Source: an uncultured Actinomycetes bacterium
GTDB lineage: Bacteria; Actinomycetota; Thermoleophilia; Gaiellales; JAICJC01
NCBI GenBank assembly: GCA_963718315.1
Contig: CAVQZC010000006.1
Location: 54,059 to 118,058, forward strand
Reading direction: 5' to 3'
DNA: 64,000 nt
Shown piece after piece: positions 53,197 to 63,632 of this stretch. Position 1 is the first letter of the stretch. Every line of letters begins with the position of its first letter. The notes beneath the pieces are model-generated. The model did not search any database. It had not been told where the DNA came from and saw only the letters and a list, made by a program, of their open reading frames with translations. A program made the position numbers and the translations under genes.

Positions 53197-54483
53197 CTGC
53201 TTCAGAACTTCATCAACGCCTGGCGGGTTCCCGACCTTCGCAAGAAGCTGCTGTTCACTGCGGCGATGCTCGCCATCTACCGGCTCGGCTCATGGCTGCC
53301 GTCGCCCGGCGTCAACAGCAAGGCGCTGTCCAGCCTGCTCTCCAATCCGTCCGGGATCATCGGCCTGCTCGGCCTGTTCTCGGGCGGCGGCCTGACCCGC
53401 CTCAGCGTCTTCGCGCTGGGCATCATGCCCTACATCACCGCATCGATCATCCTGCAGGTGATGACGCCCGTCTTCCCGAACCTGCAGGCGCTGCAGAAGG
53501 AAGGCGAGCTGGGGCAACGCAAGATCACGCAGTACACCCGCTACCTGACCGTCGGCCTCGCCGCGGCCCAGGCTCTGGGATATGCGTACCTGTTCTCGCA
53601 TGGGTCCTCGGCGATCGGCGGATCCGGCGGATCGGGCGGCCTGGTCGCCTTCTCGCCGCGCAACATCATTCTGGTCGTGATGACGCTGACCGCCGGCGCC
53701 ACGCTGCTGATGTGGATCGGCGAGCTGATCACCCAGCGCGGGATCGGCAACGGCATGAGCCTGCTGATCTTTGCCTCCATCCTGACCAGCGCACCCGCCG
53801 CCATCAGCGCGTGGTGGAACGGCTCGTCGTTCGAGAAGCTGTCGCTGCCGATCGTGGTGCTGGGGGTCATGTACATGGTCGTCTACGTGCAGGAGGGCAT
53901 CCGCAAGATCCCGATCCAGTACGCCAAGCGGATGGTGGGCCGGCGGATGACCACCGGCGGCTCGACCTACCTGCCCCTGCGCGTGAACATGGCGGGCGTG
54001 ATCCCGGTCATCTTCGCGGCTGCTGTGATGGCCATCCCGCCGACCATCGGCCAGCTCGTGCCGACCGCGTTCACGCACTCGATCGCACGCACCCTGAACT
54101 ATGGGACGTGGTGGTTCATCATCGGCGAGAGCGTGCTGATCTTCCTGTTCACGTTCTTCTACGTGGCCGTCATCTTCAACTCGATCGAACAGGCGGACAA
54201 CCTCAAGAAGTACGGTGGGTTCATCCCCGGCGTGAGACCGGGGCGCCCGACGGCGCAGTATCTGGAACGCGTGCTGGTTCGCCTGACAGTTGCAGGCGCC
54301 CTGTTCCTGGCCCTGGTCGCCGCCCTGCCGACCCTGTTCATCAAGTACGCAGGATTCAGCCAGGCCACCGCACGCGGGCTGGGCGGCACCTCGGTGCTGA
54401 TCATCGTGGGTGTGGCGATCGACACCATGCGCCAGATCGAGTCGCAGCTGTCCATGCGCTCGTACCAGGGCTTCCTCAAATAG
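53197..54483 (+). CDS. secY: Preprotein translocase subunit SecY (apparent CTG start)
   Basis: In-frame N-terminus LLQNFINAWRVPDLRKKLLFT lies upstream of the tracked ATG; LGIMPYITASII and GFIPGVRPG motifs. Confidence 0.96.
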   Translation: MLQNFINAWRVPDLRKKLLFTAAMLAIYRLGSWLPSPGVNSKALSSLLSNPSGIIGLLGLFSGGGLTRLSVFALGIMPYITASIILQVMTPVFPNLQALQKEGELGQRKITQYTRYLTVGLAAAQALGYAYLFSHGSSAIGGSGGSGGLVAFSPRNIILVVMTLTAGATLLMWIGELITQRGIGNGMSLLIFASILTSAPAAISAWWNGSSFEKLSLPIVVLGVMYMVVYVQEGIRKIPIQYAKRMVGRRMTTGGSTYLPLRVNMAGVIPVIFAAAVMAIPPTIGQLVPTAFTHSIARTLNYGTWWFIIGESVLIFLFTFFYVAVIFNSIEQADNLKKYGGFIPGVRPGRPTAQYLERVLVRLTVAGALFLALVAALPTLFIKYAGFSQATARGLGGTSVLIIVGVAIDTMRQIESQLSMRSYQGFLK

Positions 54484-54498
54484 GAGCTGCTGACGCGG

Positions 54499-55161
54499 GT
54501 GGCCAACCTGATCTTCATGGGCCCTCCCGGGGCCGGCAAGGGCACCCAGGCGGCGCGAGCCGCCGCCGAGCGCGGGCTCGCGCACATCGCCACCGGCGAC
54601 ATGCTGCGGGCGGCGGTGCGTGATGGCACCGAGCTCGGCCTGAAGGCGAAGGAGATCATGGCGCGCGGCGACCTGGTACCCGACGAGGTGATCATCGGCA
54701 TGTTCCGCGACCGCCTCGCCGAGCCAGACACCGAGGCCGGGTTCGTGCTCGACGGCTTCCCGCGCACGCTCGCGCAGGCCGAGGCGCTCGACGACACGCT
54801 GACCGGGATCGAGAGGTCGATCGATTGCGTGCCTGTGTTCGACATCGACCTCGAGTCGCTGGTCGGAAGGCTGTCCGGGCGGCGCGTCTGCCGCGCGGCC
54901 GAGCACGTCTACCACCTGCAGTTCAACCCGCCCAGGCAGGAGGGCATCTGTGACATCGACGGGTCCGAGCTGTACCAGCGCGAGGACGACCGGCCGGAGG
55001 TGATCCGCAACCGCTACCAGAAGCAGTGGGTGGAGGCGGCCACGCCGGTGCTCGACTACTACGAGAGGCGCAAGCTTGTGGTGTTCATCGACGCGTCGGC
55101 TCCCCGCGACGTGGTCGCCCGCGAGATCGACGACATCCTCGACAGGTTCGACTCGCCGTGA
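54499..55161 (+). CDS. adk: Adenylate kinase
   Basis: GPPGAGKGTQ and LDGFPRT motifs. Confidence 0.97.
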   Translation: MANLIFMGPPGAGKGTQAARAAAERGLAHIATGDMLRAAVRDGTELGLKAKEIMARGDLVPDEVIIGMFRDRLAEPDTEAGFVLDGFPRTLAQAEALDDTLTGIERSIDCVPVFDIDLESLVGRLSGRRVCRAAEHVYHLQFNPPRQEGICDIDGSELYQREDDRPEVIRNRYQKQWVEAATPVLDYYERRKLVVFIDASAPRDVVAREIDDILDRFDSP

Positions 55162-55931
55162 TCGTCCGCAAGACAGAGTCCGAAGTCGACACCATGGCCC
55201 GGGCGGGGCGGGTGGTCGCCTCGACGCTCGACCTGCTCGAGTCCGAGGCCAGGCCGGGCGTGACCACGGGCGACCTCGACAGGATCGCCGAAGAGCACAT
55301 CCGCAGCTTCGGCGGCGTGCCCACGTTCAAGGGCTACCGCGGCTTCCCGGGTTCGATCTGTGCGTCGCCCAACTCGATGGTCGTGCACGGCATTCCCGGC
55401 AGCTACGAGCTGAAGAGCGGCGACCTGCTGTCGGTGGACGTCGGCGTCACGCTCGACGGCTACGTCGCGGACTCCGCCATCACGGTTCCGATCGGCGAGG
55501 TGTCGGCGACCGGGCACGAGCTGATCGACGTCTGCGGCAAGTCGCTCGAGGCGGCGATCGTGCAGTGCCGGTCGGGTAACCGGCTGGGCGACGTGTCGCA
55601 CGCGGTGCAGGAGGTCGTCGAGGCGCACGGCTTCGGCGTCGTCCGCAGCCTGGTCGGCCACGGCGTCGGCCGCGACATGCACGAGGACCCGCAGATTCCC
55701 AACTACGGCCCTGCCGGACGCGGTCCGAAACTGGCGCCGGGCATGGTGTTCGCCATCGAGCCGATGATCACCGAGGGCGACTGGAACGTTCGCGGCGGCG
55801 ACGACGGATGGGCTATCTATACGACCGACGGCGGCCTGGCTGCGCACTGTGAACATACGGTTGCAATCACGTCGAACGGCCCGCGCGTCCTGACAAGACG
55901 TACATCTGCGCAAGGGGAACCGGAGCGGTGA
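55158..55931 (+). CDS. map: Methionine aminopeptidase type I
   Basis: VVHGIP, GHGVG, AIEPM and AHCEHT motifs. Confidence 0.96.
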   Translation: MIVRKTESEVDTMARAGRVVASTLDLLESEARPGVTTGDLDRIAEEHIRSFGGVPTFKGYRGFPGSICASPNSMVVHGIPGSYELKSGDLLSVDVGVTLDGYVADSAITVPIGEVSATGHELIDVCGKSLEAAIVQCRSGNRLGDVSHAVQEVVEAHGFGVVRSLVGHGVGRDMHEDPQIPNYGPAGRGPKLAPGMVFAIEPMITEGDWNVRGGDDGWAIYTTDGGLAAHCEHTVAITSNGPRVLTRRTSAQGEPER

Positions 55932-56016
55932 TAGAGTTCCCGTTTGCCCGGTCAGAGGTTCGCCGCTGCTTGCGGCGACGCCACTCGGCCGCGGCGTCCC
56001 TCTAAGGAGTCTCCCA

Positions 56017-56130
56017 GTGAAGGTTCGACCGAGCGTGAAACCCATGTGCGAGAAGTGCCGGATCATCCGCCGGCACGGAAACGTGCTGGTCATCTGCACC
56101 AATCCGCGACACAAGCAGCGGCAGGGGTAA
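56017..56130 (+). CDS. rpmJ: 50S ribosomal protein L36
   Basis: Hand translation [37 protein letters not shown]; SD aaggag. Confidence 0.97.
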   Translation: MKVRPSVKPMCEKCRIIRRHGNVLVICTNPRHKQRQG

Positions 56131-56134
56131 CCAC

Positions 56135-56506
56135 ATGGCTCGTATTGCAGGAGTGAACATTCCGCGCGAGAAGCGCGTCGAGATCGGCCTCACGTACATC
56201 TACGGGATCGGCCGGTCGACCAGCAACGAGGTGCTTGCCGAGCTCGGCATCAGCCCCGACACCAAGGTCCGAGACCTCACCGAAGAGGAAGTCGCGCGCC
56301 TGCGGAACCACATCGACTCGACGCTGACCGTCGAGGGCGATCTGCGCCGCGAGCGCTCCCAGAACGTCAAGCGGCTGATGGAGATCGGGTGCTATCGCGG
56401 CCTGCGGCACCGCCGCGGCCTCCCGGTCAACGGCCAGCGAACCCGCACCAACGCGCGTACGAGAAAAGGTCCCAAGAAGACCGTCGGTAAGCAGCGCAAG
56501 AAGTGA
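56135..56506 (+). CDS. rpsM: 30S ribosomal protein S13
   Basis: MARIAGV and [12 protein letters not shown] motifs. Confidence 0.98.
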   Translation: MARIAGVNIPREKRVEIGLTYIYGIGRSTSNEVLAELGISPDTKVRDLTEEEVARLRNHIDSTLTVEGDLRRERSQNVKRLMEIGCYRGLRHRRGLPVNGQRTRTNARTRKGPKKTVGKQRKK

Positions 56507-56521
56507 TCGAGAAAGGACTGA

Positions 56522-56929
56522 ATGCCTCCCGCACCCCGTAGAGGCGGCACCCGTGGCCGCGTCCGCCGCAAGGCCCGCAAGAACGTTGCGATCGGCCAGG
56601 CGCACATCAAGACCTCGTTCAACAACACGCTGGTCGCCCTCACCGATAAGGACGGCAATGTGATCGCGTGGAAGAGCGCGGGTGCTGTGGGGTTCAAGGG
56701 CTCGCGCAAGTCGACGCCGTTCGCCGCGCAGGTGACCGCCGACGCCGCCGCTCGCGAGGGCATGGAGCACGGCCTGCAGAAGGTCGAGGTGTTCGTCAAG
56801 GGCCCCGGATCCGGCCGTGAGACGGCGATCCGCTCGCTGCAGGCTGCCGGTCTCGAGATCCTCGGCGTCAAGGACGTCACGCCGCAGGCGCACAACGGCG
56901 TCCGGCCGCGGAAGCGGAGGCGCGTCTAA
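56522..56929 (+). CDS. rpsK: 30S ribosomal protein S11
   Basis: SFNNT and [12 protein letters not shown] motifs. Confidence 0.98.
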   Translation: MPPAPRRGGTRGRVRRKARKNVAIGQAHIKTSFNNTLVALTDKDGNVIAWKSAGAVGFKGSRKSTPFAAQVTADAAAREGMEHGLQKVEVFVKGPGSGRETAIRSLQAAGLEILGVKDVTPQAHNGVRPRKRRRV

Positions 56930-57549
56930 TGGCCAGGATGCTGATGCCGAAGTGCAAGCAGTGCCGCCGCGAGAACATGAAGCTGTTCCTCAAGGGCGAG
57001 CGCTGCCTGACCGAGAAGTGCGCGATCGAGCGCCGCGCCTACCCACCGGGTGAGCACGGCCGCGGTCGCACCAAGCAGTCCGAGTACCTGCTGCAGCTGC
57101 GCGAGAAGCAGAAGGCGCGCCGGTACTACGGCATCCTCGAGAAGCAGTTCCGCAGCTATTACGAGAAGGCGAGCCGCCGCAGCGGCATCACCGGCGAGAA
57201 CCTGCTGAGGATGCTCGAGCTGCGGCTGGACAACGTGGTCTACCGGCTCGGCTTTGCGGCCTCGCGCTCGCAGGCCCGCCAGCTGGTGCGTCACGGGCAC
57301 TTCGTGGTCAACGGCAAGCGGGTCAACATCCCGTCCTACCAGGTCGGCGAAGACGACGTGATCAGCCTCCGCGAGAACGCTGCGGCAAAGCCCGTCGTCA
57401 CCGATGCGACCGACCTCACGGCCTCCGTTTCACCGTGGCTGCAGGCCGACCACGACAATCTGACCGGCAAGGTGCTCCGCCTTCCCGACCGGGTCGATAT
57501 CGACACCCCGGTTCAGGAACAGCTGATCGTCGAGCTCTACTCCAAGTAA
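56929..57549 (+). CDS. rpsD: 30S ribosomal protein S4 (zinc-binding form)
   Basis: CKQCRRE...C...C and [11 protein letters not shown] motifs. Confidence 0.98.
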   Translation: MARMLMPKCKQCRRENMKLFLKGERCLTEKCAIERRAYPPGEHGRGRTKQSEYLLQLREKQKARRYYGILEKQFRSYYEKASRRSGITGENLLRMLELRLDNVVYRLGFAASRSQARQLVRHGHFVVNGKRVNIPSYQVGEDDVISLRENAAAKPVVTDATDLTASVSPWLQADHDNLTGKVLRLPDRVDIDTPVQEQLIVELYSK

Positions 57550-57573
57550 TCCGTAAGGGGCGAATCCACACCC

Positions 57574-58521
57574 ATGCTTGAAATCATTCCCAAGATCACA
57601 TCCGAGGACGCCGGCGACCAGTCCGGTTCGTTCGTCGTCGAGCCGCTCGACCGCGGCTTTGGTTACACGTTCGGCAACAGCCTGCGCCGGGTGATGATCT
57701 CCTCGCTCGAAGGCGCCGCCGTCACCTCCGTCAAGATCGAGGGCGTCGCGCACGAGTTCACGTCGGTTCCCGGTGTCCGCGAGGACGTCACCGACATCAT
57801 CCTCAACCTGAAGGGCCTGATCTGCCGATTGCACGGCGAGTCGGGCGAGGTCGAGGTGCACGTCCAGAAGGAGGGCCCCGGGGTCGTCAAGGCGTCCGAC
57901 ATCGAGGCGCCCGCCGATCTCGAGATCCTCAACCCGAACCTCGAGATCTGCAACCTGGCCGACAACGCCCGCCTCGAGATGACGCTGACCATCGCCCGCG
58001 GCCGCGGCTACGTCCCCGCCGAGGGCAACAAGGGCCCCGAGACGACCATCGGCGTGATCCCGGTCGACTCGTTCTTCTCGCCGGTGCGGCGCGTTGCCTA
58101 CCACGTCGACGCCGCGCGCGTCGGCCAGCGCACCGACTTCGACAAGCTGAAGCTGGACGTGACGACCGACGGCTCGATGACGCCGAAGGATGCCGTCAAG
58201 GACGCTGCCGAGATCCTCATCCGCTACCTCTCGATCTTCACCGACATCGACGCCTCCGAGCTGGCCCTGCGGCCGGAAGGCGGCGTCGCCGAGGCGGTCG
58301 CGCCGAGCGCTCACGGCATGGAGAACATCCTGATCGAGGAGCTCGAGCTGGGCGTCCGCAGCTACAACTGCCTGAAGCGCGTCGGCATCGAGACGATCGG
58401 CGACCTGGTCGGCAAGACGGAGGCCGAGTTGGCTGCGATCCCCAACTTCGGCAAGAAGTCGATCGAAGAGGTCAAGGAGACCCTGGCGGCCCACCAGCTT
58501 TCGCTGCGGGGCTCCGAGTGA
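57574..58521 (+). CDS. rpoA: RNA polymerase alpha subunit
   Basis: [17 protein letters not shown] and RSYNCLKR motifs. Confidence 0.99.
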   Translation: MLEIIPKITSEDAGDQSGSFVVEPLDRGFGYTFGNSLRRVMISSLEGAAVTSVKIEGVAHEFTSVPGVREDVTDIILNLKGLICRLHGESGEVEVHVQKEGPGVVKASDIEAPADLEILNPNLEICNLADNARLEMTLTIARGRGYVPAEGNKGPETTIGVIPVDSFFSPVRRVAYHVDAARVGQRTDFDKLKLDVTTDGSMTPKDAVKDAAEILIRYLSIFTDIDASELALRPEGGVAEAVAPSAHGMENILIEELELGVRSYNCLKRVGIETIGDLVGKTEAELAAIPNFGKKSIEEVKETLAAHQLSLRGSE

Positions 58522-58889
58522 GGCATCGCCGCACCGGCCGCAAGTTCGGGCGCGACGCAGCGCATCGCAAGGCCATGTTCTCGAACATGGCCGGTTCGCT
58601 GTTCGAGCATGGGCGGATCCAGACGACGGAGGCCAAGGCCAAAGAGCTGCGGCCGATCGCCGAGAAGCTGATCACGCTCGCCCGCAAGGACCCGGTCGAT
58701 GTGGCGGCGCAGCGGCAGGCTGTCGCCTACCTGCGCAGCAAGGACTCGGTGCACAGGCTGTTCCACGAGGTTGCGCCCCGGTTCGCCGACCGCCCGGGAG
58801 GCTACACGCGGATCATCAAGCTCGGCCCCCGGCCGGGCGATTCCGCGCCGATGGCCTACATCGAGCTCGTCGATCACGTCCCTTCCTAG
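58518..58889 (+). CDS. rplQ: 50S ribosomal protein L17
   Basis: MRHR start and RPGGYTRI motif. Confidence 0.98.
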   Translation: MRHRRTGRKFGRDAAHRKAMFSNMAGSLFEHGRIQTTEAKAKELRPIAEKLITLARKDPVDVAAQRQAVAYLRSKDSVHRLFHEVAPRFADRPGGYTRIIKLGPRPGDSAPMAYIELVDHVPS

Positions 58890-58905
58890 ATCGTTGGAGG
58901 CTTCG

Positions 58906-59301
58906 GTGCGGATCGGGCAGCCGGCCGGCTGGAGCGACCGCAGCGTGATCACGTATGTGGGGCCGGACGACGGCGACGGATCGCCGTCGCTGGTGGTCAC
59001 CCGCGACGAGCTCGACCCGAGCGTCGATGTCGGCCGCTACGCCCAGATGCAGGACGGCGCCGTGCGGGCGGGATTCGACGGGGTCGAGCTGCTCGAGGAC
59101 AAGGAGACGACGGTCGCCGGTCACCCTGCGGTCGTCCTCACCTACCGCTGGACGCACGACGAGCGGACGATGCGCCAGCGGCTGTGGTGCATCGTCGACG
59201 GCGGCGTTGGCTACGTGATCGTCGCCTCGGCGGCTGACACGGCGTGGGACGACCTCCGCTCCACGTTCGCCGCGGCGCTGCAGGACTTCAGCCCCGCATA
59301 G
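58906..59301 (+). CDS. DcrB/DUF1795 (PsbP/Mog1-fold)-like protein
   Basis: PAGWSDRSV, SLVVTRD and VAGHPAVVLTYRW motifs; SD ggagg. Confidence 0.6.
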   Translation: MRIGQPAGWSDRSVITYVGPDDGDGSPSLVVTRDELDPSVDVGRYAQMQDGAVRAGFDGVELLEDKETTVAGHPAVVLTYRWTHDERTMRQRLWCIVDGGVGYVIVASAADTAWDDLRSTFAAALQDFSPA

Positions 59302-59313
59302 GCCGGGTGCAGC

Positions 59314-60015
59314 GTGCCGACCTTTCGCGCCAGCGTTGCCTACGACGGCACGGACTTCCACGGCTGGGCGCGGCAACCTGAGGGGCGAACGGTCGCGAGC
59401 GTTCTGGAGCAGGTCGTGGGGGCTCCGCTGACCGTCGCGGGGCGCACCGACCGGGGCGTCCACGCGTCGGCCAACGTGGTGTCGTTCGAGCTGCCGGCGG
59501 AGCCGCCGGTGGGCAGGCTCAACGCCGGGCTGCCGCCCGACGTGTCGGTGCTGGACGTTGCCCAGGCGGCGGACGGCTTCGACGCCCGCGCCGATGCTCT
59601 CGGGCGCAGCTACACCTACACCGTCCTGGCCCGCCGCGCCCCCGACCCGATGCGCCGGCTCTACGAGCTGCACCACCCGGGCCGGTTGGATGCGGACGCG
59701 CTGGACGCGTGCGCCGCGTCGATCGCCGGCGTGCACGATTTCACCGCGTTCACGCCCAGCGAGACGCAGCACGTGTTCTTCAACCGCACCGTCGAAACGG
59801 CCCGGTGGGTGCGGGACGGCGACCGACTGGTCTTCGAGCTGACCGCCGACGCGCTGCTCCGGCATATGGTGCGGATCCTGGTCGGCACGATGCTGCAGCG
59901 ACCCGACCCCGAGCGGTTCCGCCGCCTGCTGGAGGGCCGGCCGCGCTCGGAGGCAGGGCGGACGGCGCCGCCGCACGGCCTGTGCCTGGTAGGGGTCAGC
60001 TACCCCGCCGCCTAG
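59314..60015 (+). CDS. truA: tRNA pseudouridine(38-40) synthase
   Basis: [19 protein letters not shown] and APPHGL motifs. Confidence 0.95.
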   Translation: MPTFRASVAYDGTDFHGWARQPEGRTVASVLEQVVGAPLTVAGRTDRGVHASANVVSFELPAEPPVGRLNAGLPPDVSVLDVAQAADGFDARADALGRSYTYTVLARRAPDPMRRLYELHHPGRLDADALDACAASIAGVHDFTAFTPSETQHVFFNRTVETARWVRDGDRLVFELTADALLRHMVRILVGTMLQRPDPERFRRLLEGRPRSEAGRTAPPHGLCLVGVSYPAA

Positions 60016-60026
60016 ACTCGGAACTG

Positions 60027-60800
60027 ATGCGGATACTGCTCACCAACGACGACGGCATCACCAGCCGCGGGCTGTTCGCGGCCAAGCAGGCGCTGGACGC
60101 CATTGGCGAGGTGTCGGTGATCGCGCCGGACTCGAACCGGTCGGGTGTCGCGCGGAGCATCACCATCCACCGCCCCCTGAACGTGTCGGAGGTCGAGCTG
60201 CGCGACGGCTCACTTGGCTTCGCGACCGACGGGACGCCGGTCGACTGCGTCCGGTTCGCCGGTCTGGGGCTGGTGGGTGACCGGCCCGACCTGATCGTCT
60301 CCGGCATCAACTACGGCTTCAACCTGGGTGACGACGTCACCTACTCCGGCACGGTGGCAGCCGCCTTCGAGGGCCTGCTGCTCGGCATCCCCGGCGTCGC
60401 GATCTCGCAGGGCAGCCCCAGCGCGCGGGCGGACTTCAAGCGCCACGAGACGTATGACTTCGGGCCCGCCGCGCGGTTCCTGGCGTCGCTGGTCGAGCAG
60501 GTGGCGGAGCACGGCCTACCGGACGGGACGGTGGTGAACGTCAACGTCCCCGCCAACCCCGAGGGCGTCGAGGTCTCCCGGCTGGGCAAGCGGATCTACC
60601 GCGACCGCCTCGAGCTCGAGGCCGACGAGGAGGGGCGCCGGCGCTATCGCATCTACGGCGACGACCCGTCCTACCACGACGAGCCGGGCACCGACTTTCA
60701 GGCCATCGCGGCCGGCCGGATCGCAGTCACCCCGATCCACCTCGACCTGACCAGCGACCGGGCGATCCCGACGCTGCAGGGCTGGTCGCTGTTCGCCTGA
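60027..60800 (+). CDS. surE: 5'/3'-nucleotidase SurE
   Basis: ILLTNDDG, GTPVDCV, SGINYG and YSGTV motifs. Confidence 0.95.
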   Translation: MRILLTNDDGITSRGLFAAKQALDAIGEVSVIAPDSNRSGVARSITIHRPLNVSEVELRDGSLGFATDGTPVDCVRFAGLGLVGDRPDLIVSGINYGFNLGDDVTYSGTVAAAFEGLLLGIPGVAISQGSPSARADFKRHETYDFGPAARFLASLVEQVAEHGLPDGTVVNVNVPANPEGVEVSRLGKRIYRDRLELEADEEGRRRYRIYGDDPSYHDEPGTDFQAIAAGRIAVTPIHLDLTSDRAIPTLQGWSLFA

Positions 60801-60803
60801 CGC

Positions 60804-61814
60804 TCAGGCCCAGGGGTTGCCCTTGAACAGCAGCGGGAACAGTGCGCCGAAGGACGGCGCGTAGAGGACGTGGCCGTCCTGGGCGACGGTGGCGATGTGG
60901 AGGCCGATGTCCATCCCATCGGTGTAGCCCGCGTTCGAGACCGGGTTGGGGATGCCGACGAGGTTCCACTGCATCCCGGTCGCCGGGCATCGGAAGTGCT
61001 TCGATGCGCTGTCGTAGGTGAGGGCGCAGGTCGTGTGTGAGTTGGGTGCCTGGAAGGTGTCCGGGATCGCGTAGAACGCTCGCGGCGCATGAATCAGGAA
61101 CAGCCCGCTGCCACCCGCTATCGGAAGCGACGAGGACGCGAAGTGGGTCACGGAGCCGACCGGATAGGCCGTCGTCCGGCCGAGCACATCGAACCGCCCG
61201 GCCCGCTCGGTTCCGGTGCGAAGCGGCGGGAAGCGGAGCGACGCCAGCGTTGCGGCGACCTCCTGCTTCGCCGCCGGAGCCGCATGCGGTCCTAGCCAGA
61301 CGGCAACGGCAAACGAGGAGCCGTCGCCGTGCACCTGCCGGTAGAGGGGGGTCGGCTCGGCCCCACCTGCGTAGGGCTGGATCGGAGCCAGCGACGCGAC
61401 CGTGACCGGGAATCGGCTGTCGCGCAGAGGCGGTGGGCCGGCCAGACGCTCGCCGAACCAGATCATCAGCGCGGCGCCCGTCGCCGGGAAGTTCCGAAGT
61501 CGGCGGAAGTCGGGGACCGTCCGGCTCGCCGTCTGGTTGCCGTTGATGCCCATGTCGAAGTTCGCGAACCACTCGCCGTCGGCCGTGAACATGCCGTTGG
61601 CCGTGAAATGCCCGGACTGCAGGTGTGCAGGGCGGATCACCGTCCAGCCGAACTCACGGTCCCGGTAGACCGGAGGCCGCGCCGTCGGTGTGAGCGTGGC
61701 GGCCGGCGTTCCCCACGACGACAGGGTGCAGCCGCCTGTCAGCAGCCCCAGACCGATCGCCGCCAGGACGGCACCGCTATGCAGGAGGCGCTTCACGTCC
61801 GTTGGACGCCACAT
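60804..61814 (-). CDS. Putative lipoprotein with degenerate C-terminal Rieske-like region
   Basis: Hydrophobic stretch ending LTGGC; C-terminal HTTCALTY...FRCPATGMQWNLVG. Confidence 0.55.
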   Translation of the reverse strand: MWRPTDVKRLLHSGAVLAAIGLGLLTGGCTLSSWGTPAATLTPTARPPVYRDREFGWTVIRPAHLQSGHFTANGMFTADGEWFANFDMGINGNQTASRTVPDFRRLRNFPATGAALMIWFGERLAGPPPLRDSRFPVTVASLAPIQPYAGGAEPTPLYRQVHGDGSSFAVAVWLGPHAAPAAKQEVAATLASLRFPPLRTGTERAGRFDVLGRTTAYPVGSVTHFASSSLPIAGGSGLFLIHAPRAFYAIPDTFQAPNSHTTCALTYDSASKHFRCPATGMQWNLVGIPNPVSNAGYTDGMDIGLHIATVAQDGHVLYAPSFGALFPLLFKGNPWA

Positions 61815-61829
61815 CCTCCGGCGTAGTTC

Positions 61830-62357
61830 CTACCGGTCGGCTTCGCTCAGCAGGTCTTCGATGTCGAGGCGCTCGGTGAACATGTTCACGCGGTCGTTCG
61901 CGGTGAGGGCGGGGGGCCACTCCTCGCGCGGCCGGTCCCAGTAGAGCTCCAGGCCGTTGCCGTCGGGGTCGTGCAGGTACAGCGCCTCACTGACGCCGTG
62001 GTCGCTGGCGCCGCTGAGCGGGATGCCCGCCTCGGCGAGCCGCAGCAGAGCGGTGGCCAGCGCCTTGCGGGTCGGGTAGCGGATCGCCGCGTGGAACAGC
62101 CCGGTGTGCCCGGGCGGGGGCGGCGTGCCGCCGCGCGAATCCCAGGTGTTCAGGCCGATGTGGTGGTGATAGCCGCCGGCCGACACGAACGCCGCCTGGT
62201 CGCCGTAGCGCTGCATCAGCTCGAAGCCGAGCACGCCGCAGTAGAAGTCGAGCGACCGGTCGATGTCCGCAACCTTGAGGTGCACGTGGCCGATGTCGAC
62301 GCCGGGATCGATGACGTAACCGTCCCGCTGCACGGGGGTCTCCTCGGGAGCGCTCAT
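61830..62357 (-). CDS. VOC family protein (CatE catechol dioxygenase-like)
   Basis: IGHVHLKV, GGYHHHIGLNTW and DHGVSEALY motifs. Confidence 0.88.
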   Translation of the reverse strand: MSAPEETPVQRDGYVIDPGVDIGHVHLKVADIDRSLDFYCGVLGFELMQRYGDQAAFVSAGGYHHHIGLNTWDSRGGTPPPPGHTGLFHAAIRYPTRKALATALLRLAEAGIPLSGASDHGVSEALYLHDPDGNGLELYWDRPREEWPPALTANDRVNMFTERLDIEDLLSEADR

Positions 62358-62391
62358 GTCTGGAGCCTAGCGATCGATACGCATCAGCCGC

Positions 62392-62421
62392 TTGACGATA
62401 GATCGGATACCGATATATACT
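62392..62421 (+). promoter_or_regulatory. Leaderless padR promoter with palindromic operator
   Basis: TTGACG-N18-TATACT-6 nt-ATG, with palindrome atcgg-ata-ccgat in the spacer. Confidence 0.65.
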
Positions 62422-62427
62422 CTCGCC

Positions 62428-62766
62428 ATGGCAAGCACACGACCCGCACTCCGGGAGCCGACGTACTTCATCCTCGCCTCGCTGATCGACGGCCCGCTGC
62501 ACGGGTACGGGATCATCAAGCAGGCGGAGCTGCTGTCGGACGGCCGTGTTCGGCTGGCTGCGGGCACGCTGTACGGCGCCCTGGAGCGGTTGATGGCCGA
62601 TGGGCTCGTGGAGGAGCGGGGACGTGAGGTGGTCGAAGGCCGCGAGCGCCGCTACTACGCCCTCACCGACGCAGGGCACGCCGTGCTGGCGGAGGAGGCT
62701 CAGCGGCTTGCCGCCTCCTCGCAGGCGGTGCTGCTGCGGCTCGACGCGGTCAGGGGGATGGCATGA
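62428..62766 (+). CDS. PadR family transcriptional regulator
   Basis: PLHGYGII, GTLYGALERL and RRYYALT motifs. Confidence 0.92.
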   Translation: MASTRPALREPTYFILASLIDGPLHGYGIIKQAELLSDGRVRLAAGTLYGALERLMADGLVEERGREVVEGRERRYYALTDAGHAVLAEEAQRLAASSQAVLLRLDAVRGMA

Positions 62767-63632
62767 ACTCGGATCTGGAGCGGCGCTACCGGTCGCTGCT
62801 GCGCATCTTCCCGGCCGCCTACCGCGCCGACCACGAGGACGAGATCGTGTCGACGCTCGCCGGGGTGTCCCGGGAAGACCAGCGCTGGCCGTCCGGACGC
62901 GAGGCGCGGGCACTGCTGGCGGCGGGGATCCGGCTGCGTGCGCTGGCGGCCGGCGGCGGCAGTCCGAACGGTCTCGCGCTCGACGGCCTTCACCTGGGCG
63001 CCGTCCTGCTGGTCGCCGGGAACGCCGTCGGAGCCGTCTTCGCTGCCTACGCCGGCAACTCGGACCGGTGGCACGTCGCGCTGGGGCTCGCCTGGGTGTT
63101 CGCGTTTGCCACGCTGGTCCGCGGCGGACGGATACTGCCGGTCGCCGCCGCAGCGACCGCCGCCGCGCTCGCTGTTTGGCTCAGCTACGACGCGCTGGTC
63201 GCCCAGCCGGCTCAGTGGTTTGCCTGGGCGCAGGTCGCCGCCGGCGCGTTGCTGCCGGCGGCGCTGATCGCCGTCCTCGCGCGCCGCGGGCCGCTGCCCG
63301 GCCGCTCCCCGCTCTTGCTGCTGGTGCCGGCCGTGCCCTACGCGCTGGCGATGGGCATCGTGGTCAGCCCGTTCTTCCTGACCAGCACGCTGTTTGCCAT
63401 GCTCGTCGTCGTCAGCGGGATTGCGCTGCTGGCTCTCCCGCTCGACCCCCGGCCGGCGATCGCCGTCGCCGTCTTCCTGGTGCCGACCATCAGCCTGCTC
63501 ATCGCCGGCGCGGCGCAGAACGTCGCACTCTGGGTCGAGCCGAGCTGGACGTGGCCCTCGGTCTGGGCACTGATCTGCGTCACCCTTGCGACCAGCGGCG
63601 TGCGCGCCAGCCGCCGCGTCGCCCGCGTCTGA
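62763..63632 (+). CDS. PadR-associated multi-pass membrane protein
   Basis: LLRIFPAAYRADHEDEI N-terminus and about 7 hydrophobic segments; overlaps the padR stop. Confidence 0.75.
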   Translation: MNSDLERRYRSLLRIFPAAYRADHEDEIVSTLAGVSREDQRWPSGREARALLAAGIRLRALAAGGGSPNGLALDGLHLGAVLLVAGNAVGAVFAAYAGNSDRWHVALGLAWVFAFATLVRGGRILPVAAAATAAALAVWLSYDALVAQPAQWFAWAQVAAGALLPAALIAVLARRGPLPGRSPLLLLVPAVPYALAMGIVVSPFFLTSTLFAMLVVVSGIALLALPLDPRPAIAVAVFLVPTISLLIAGAAQNVALWVEPSWTWPSVWALICVTLATSGVRASRRVARV

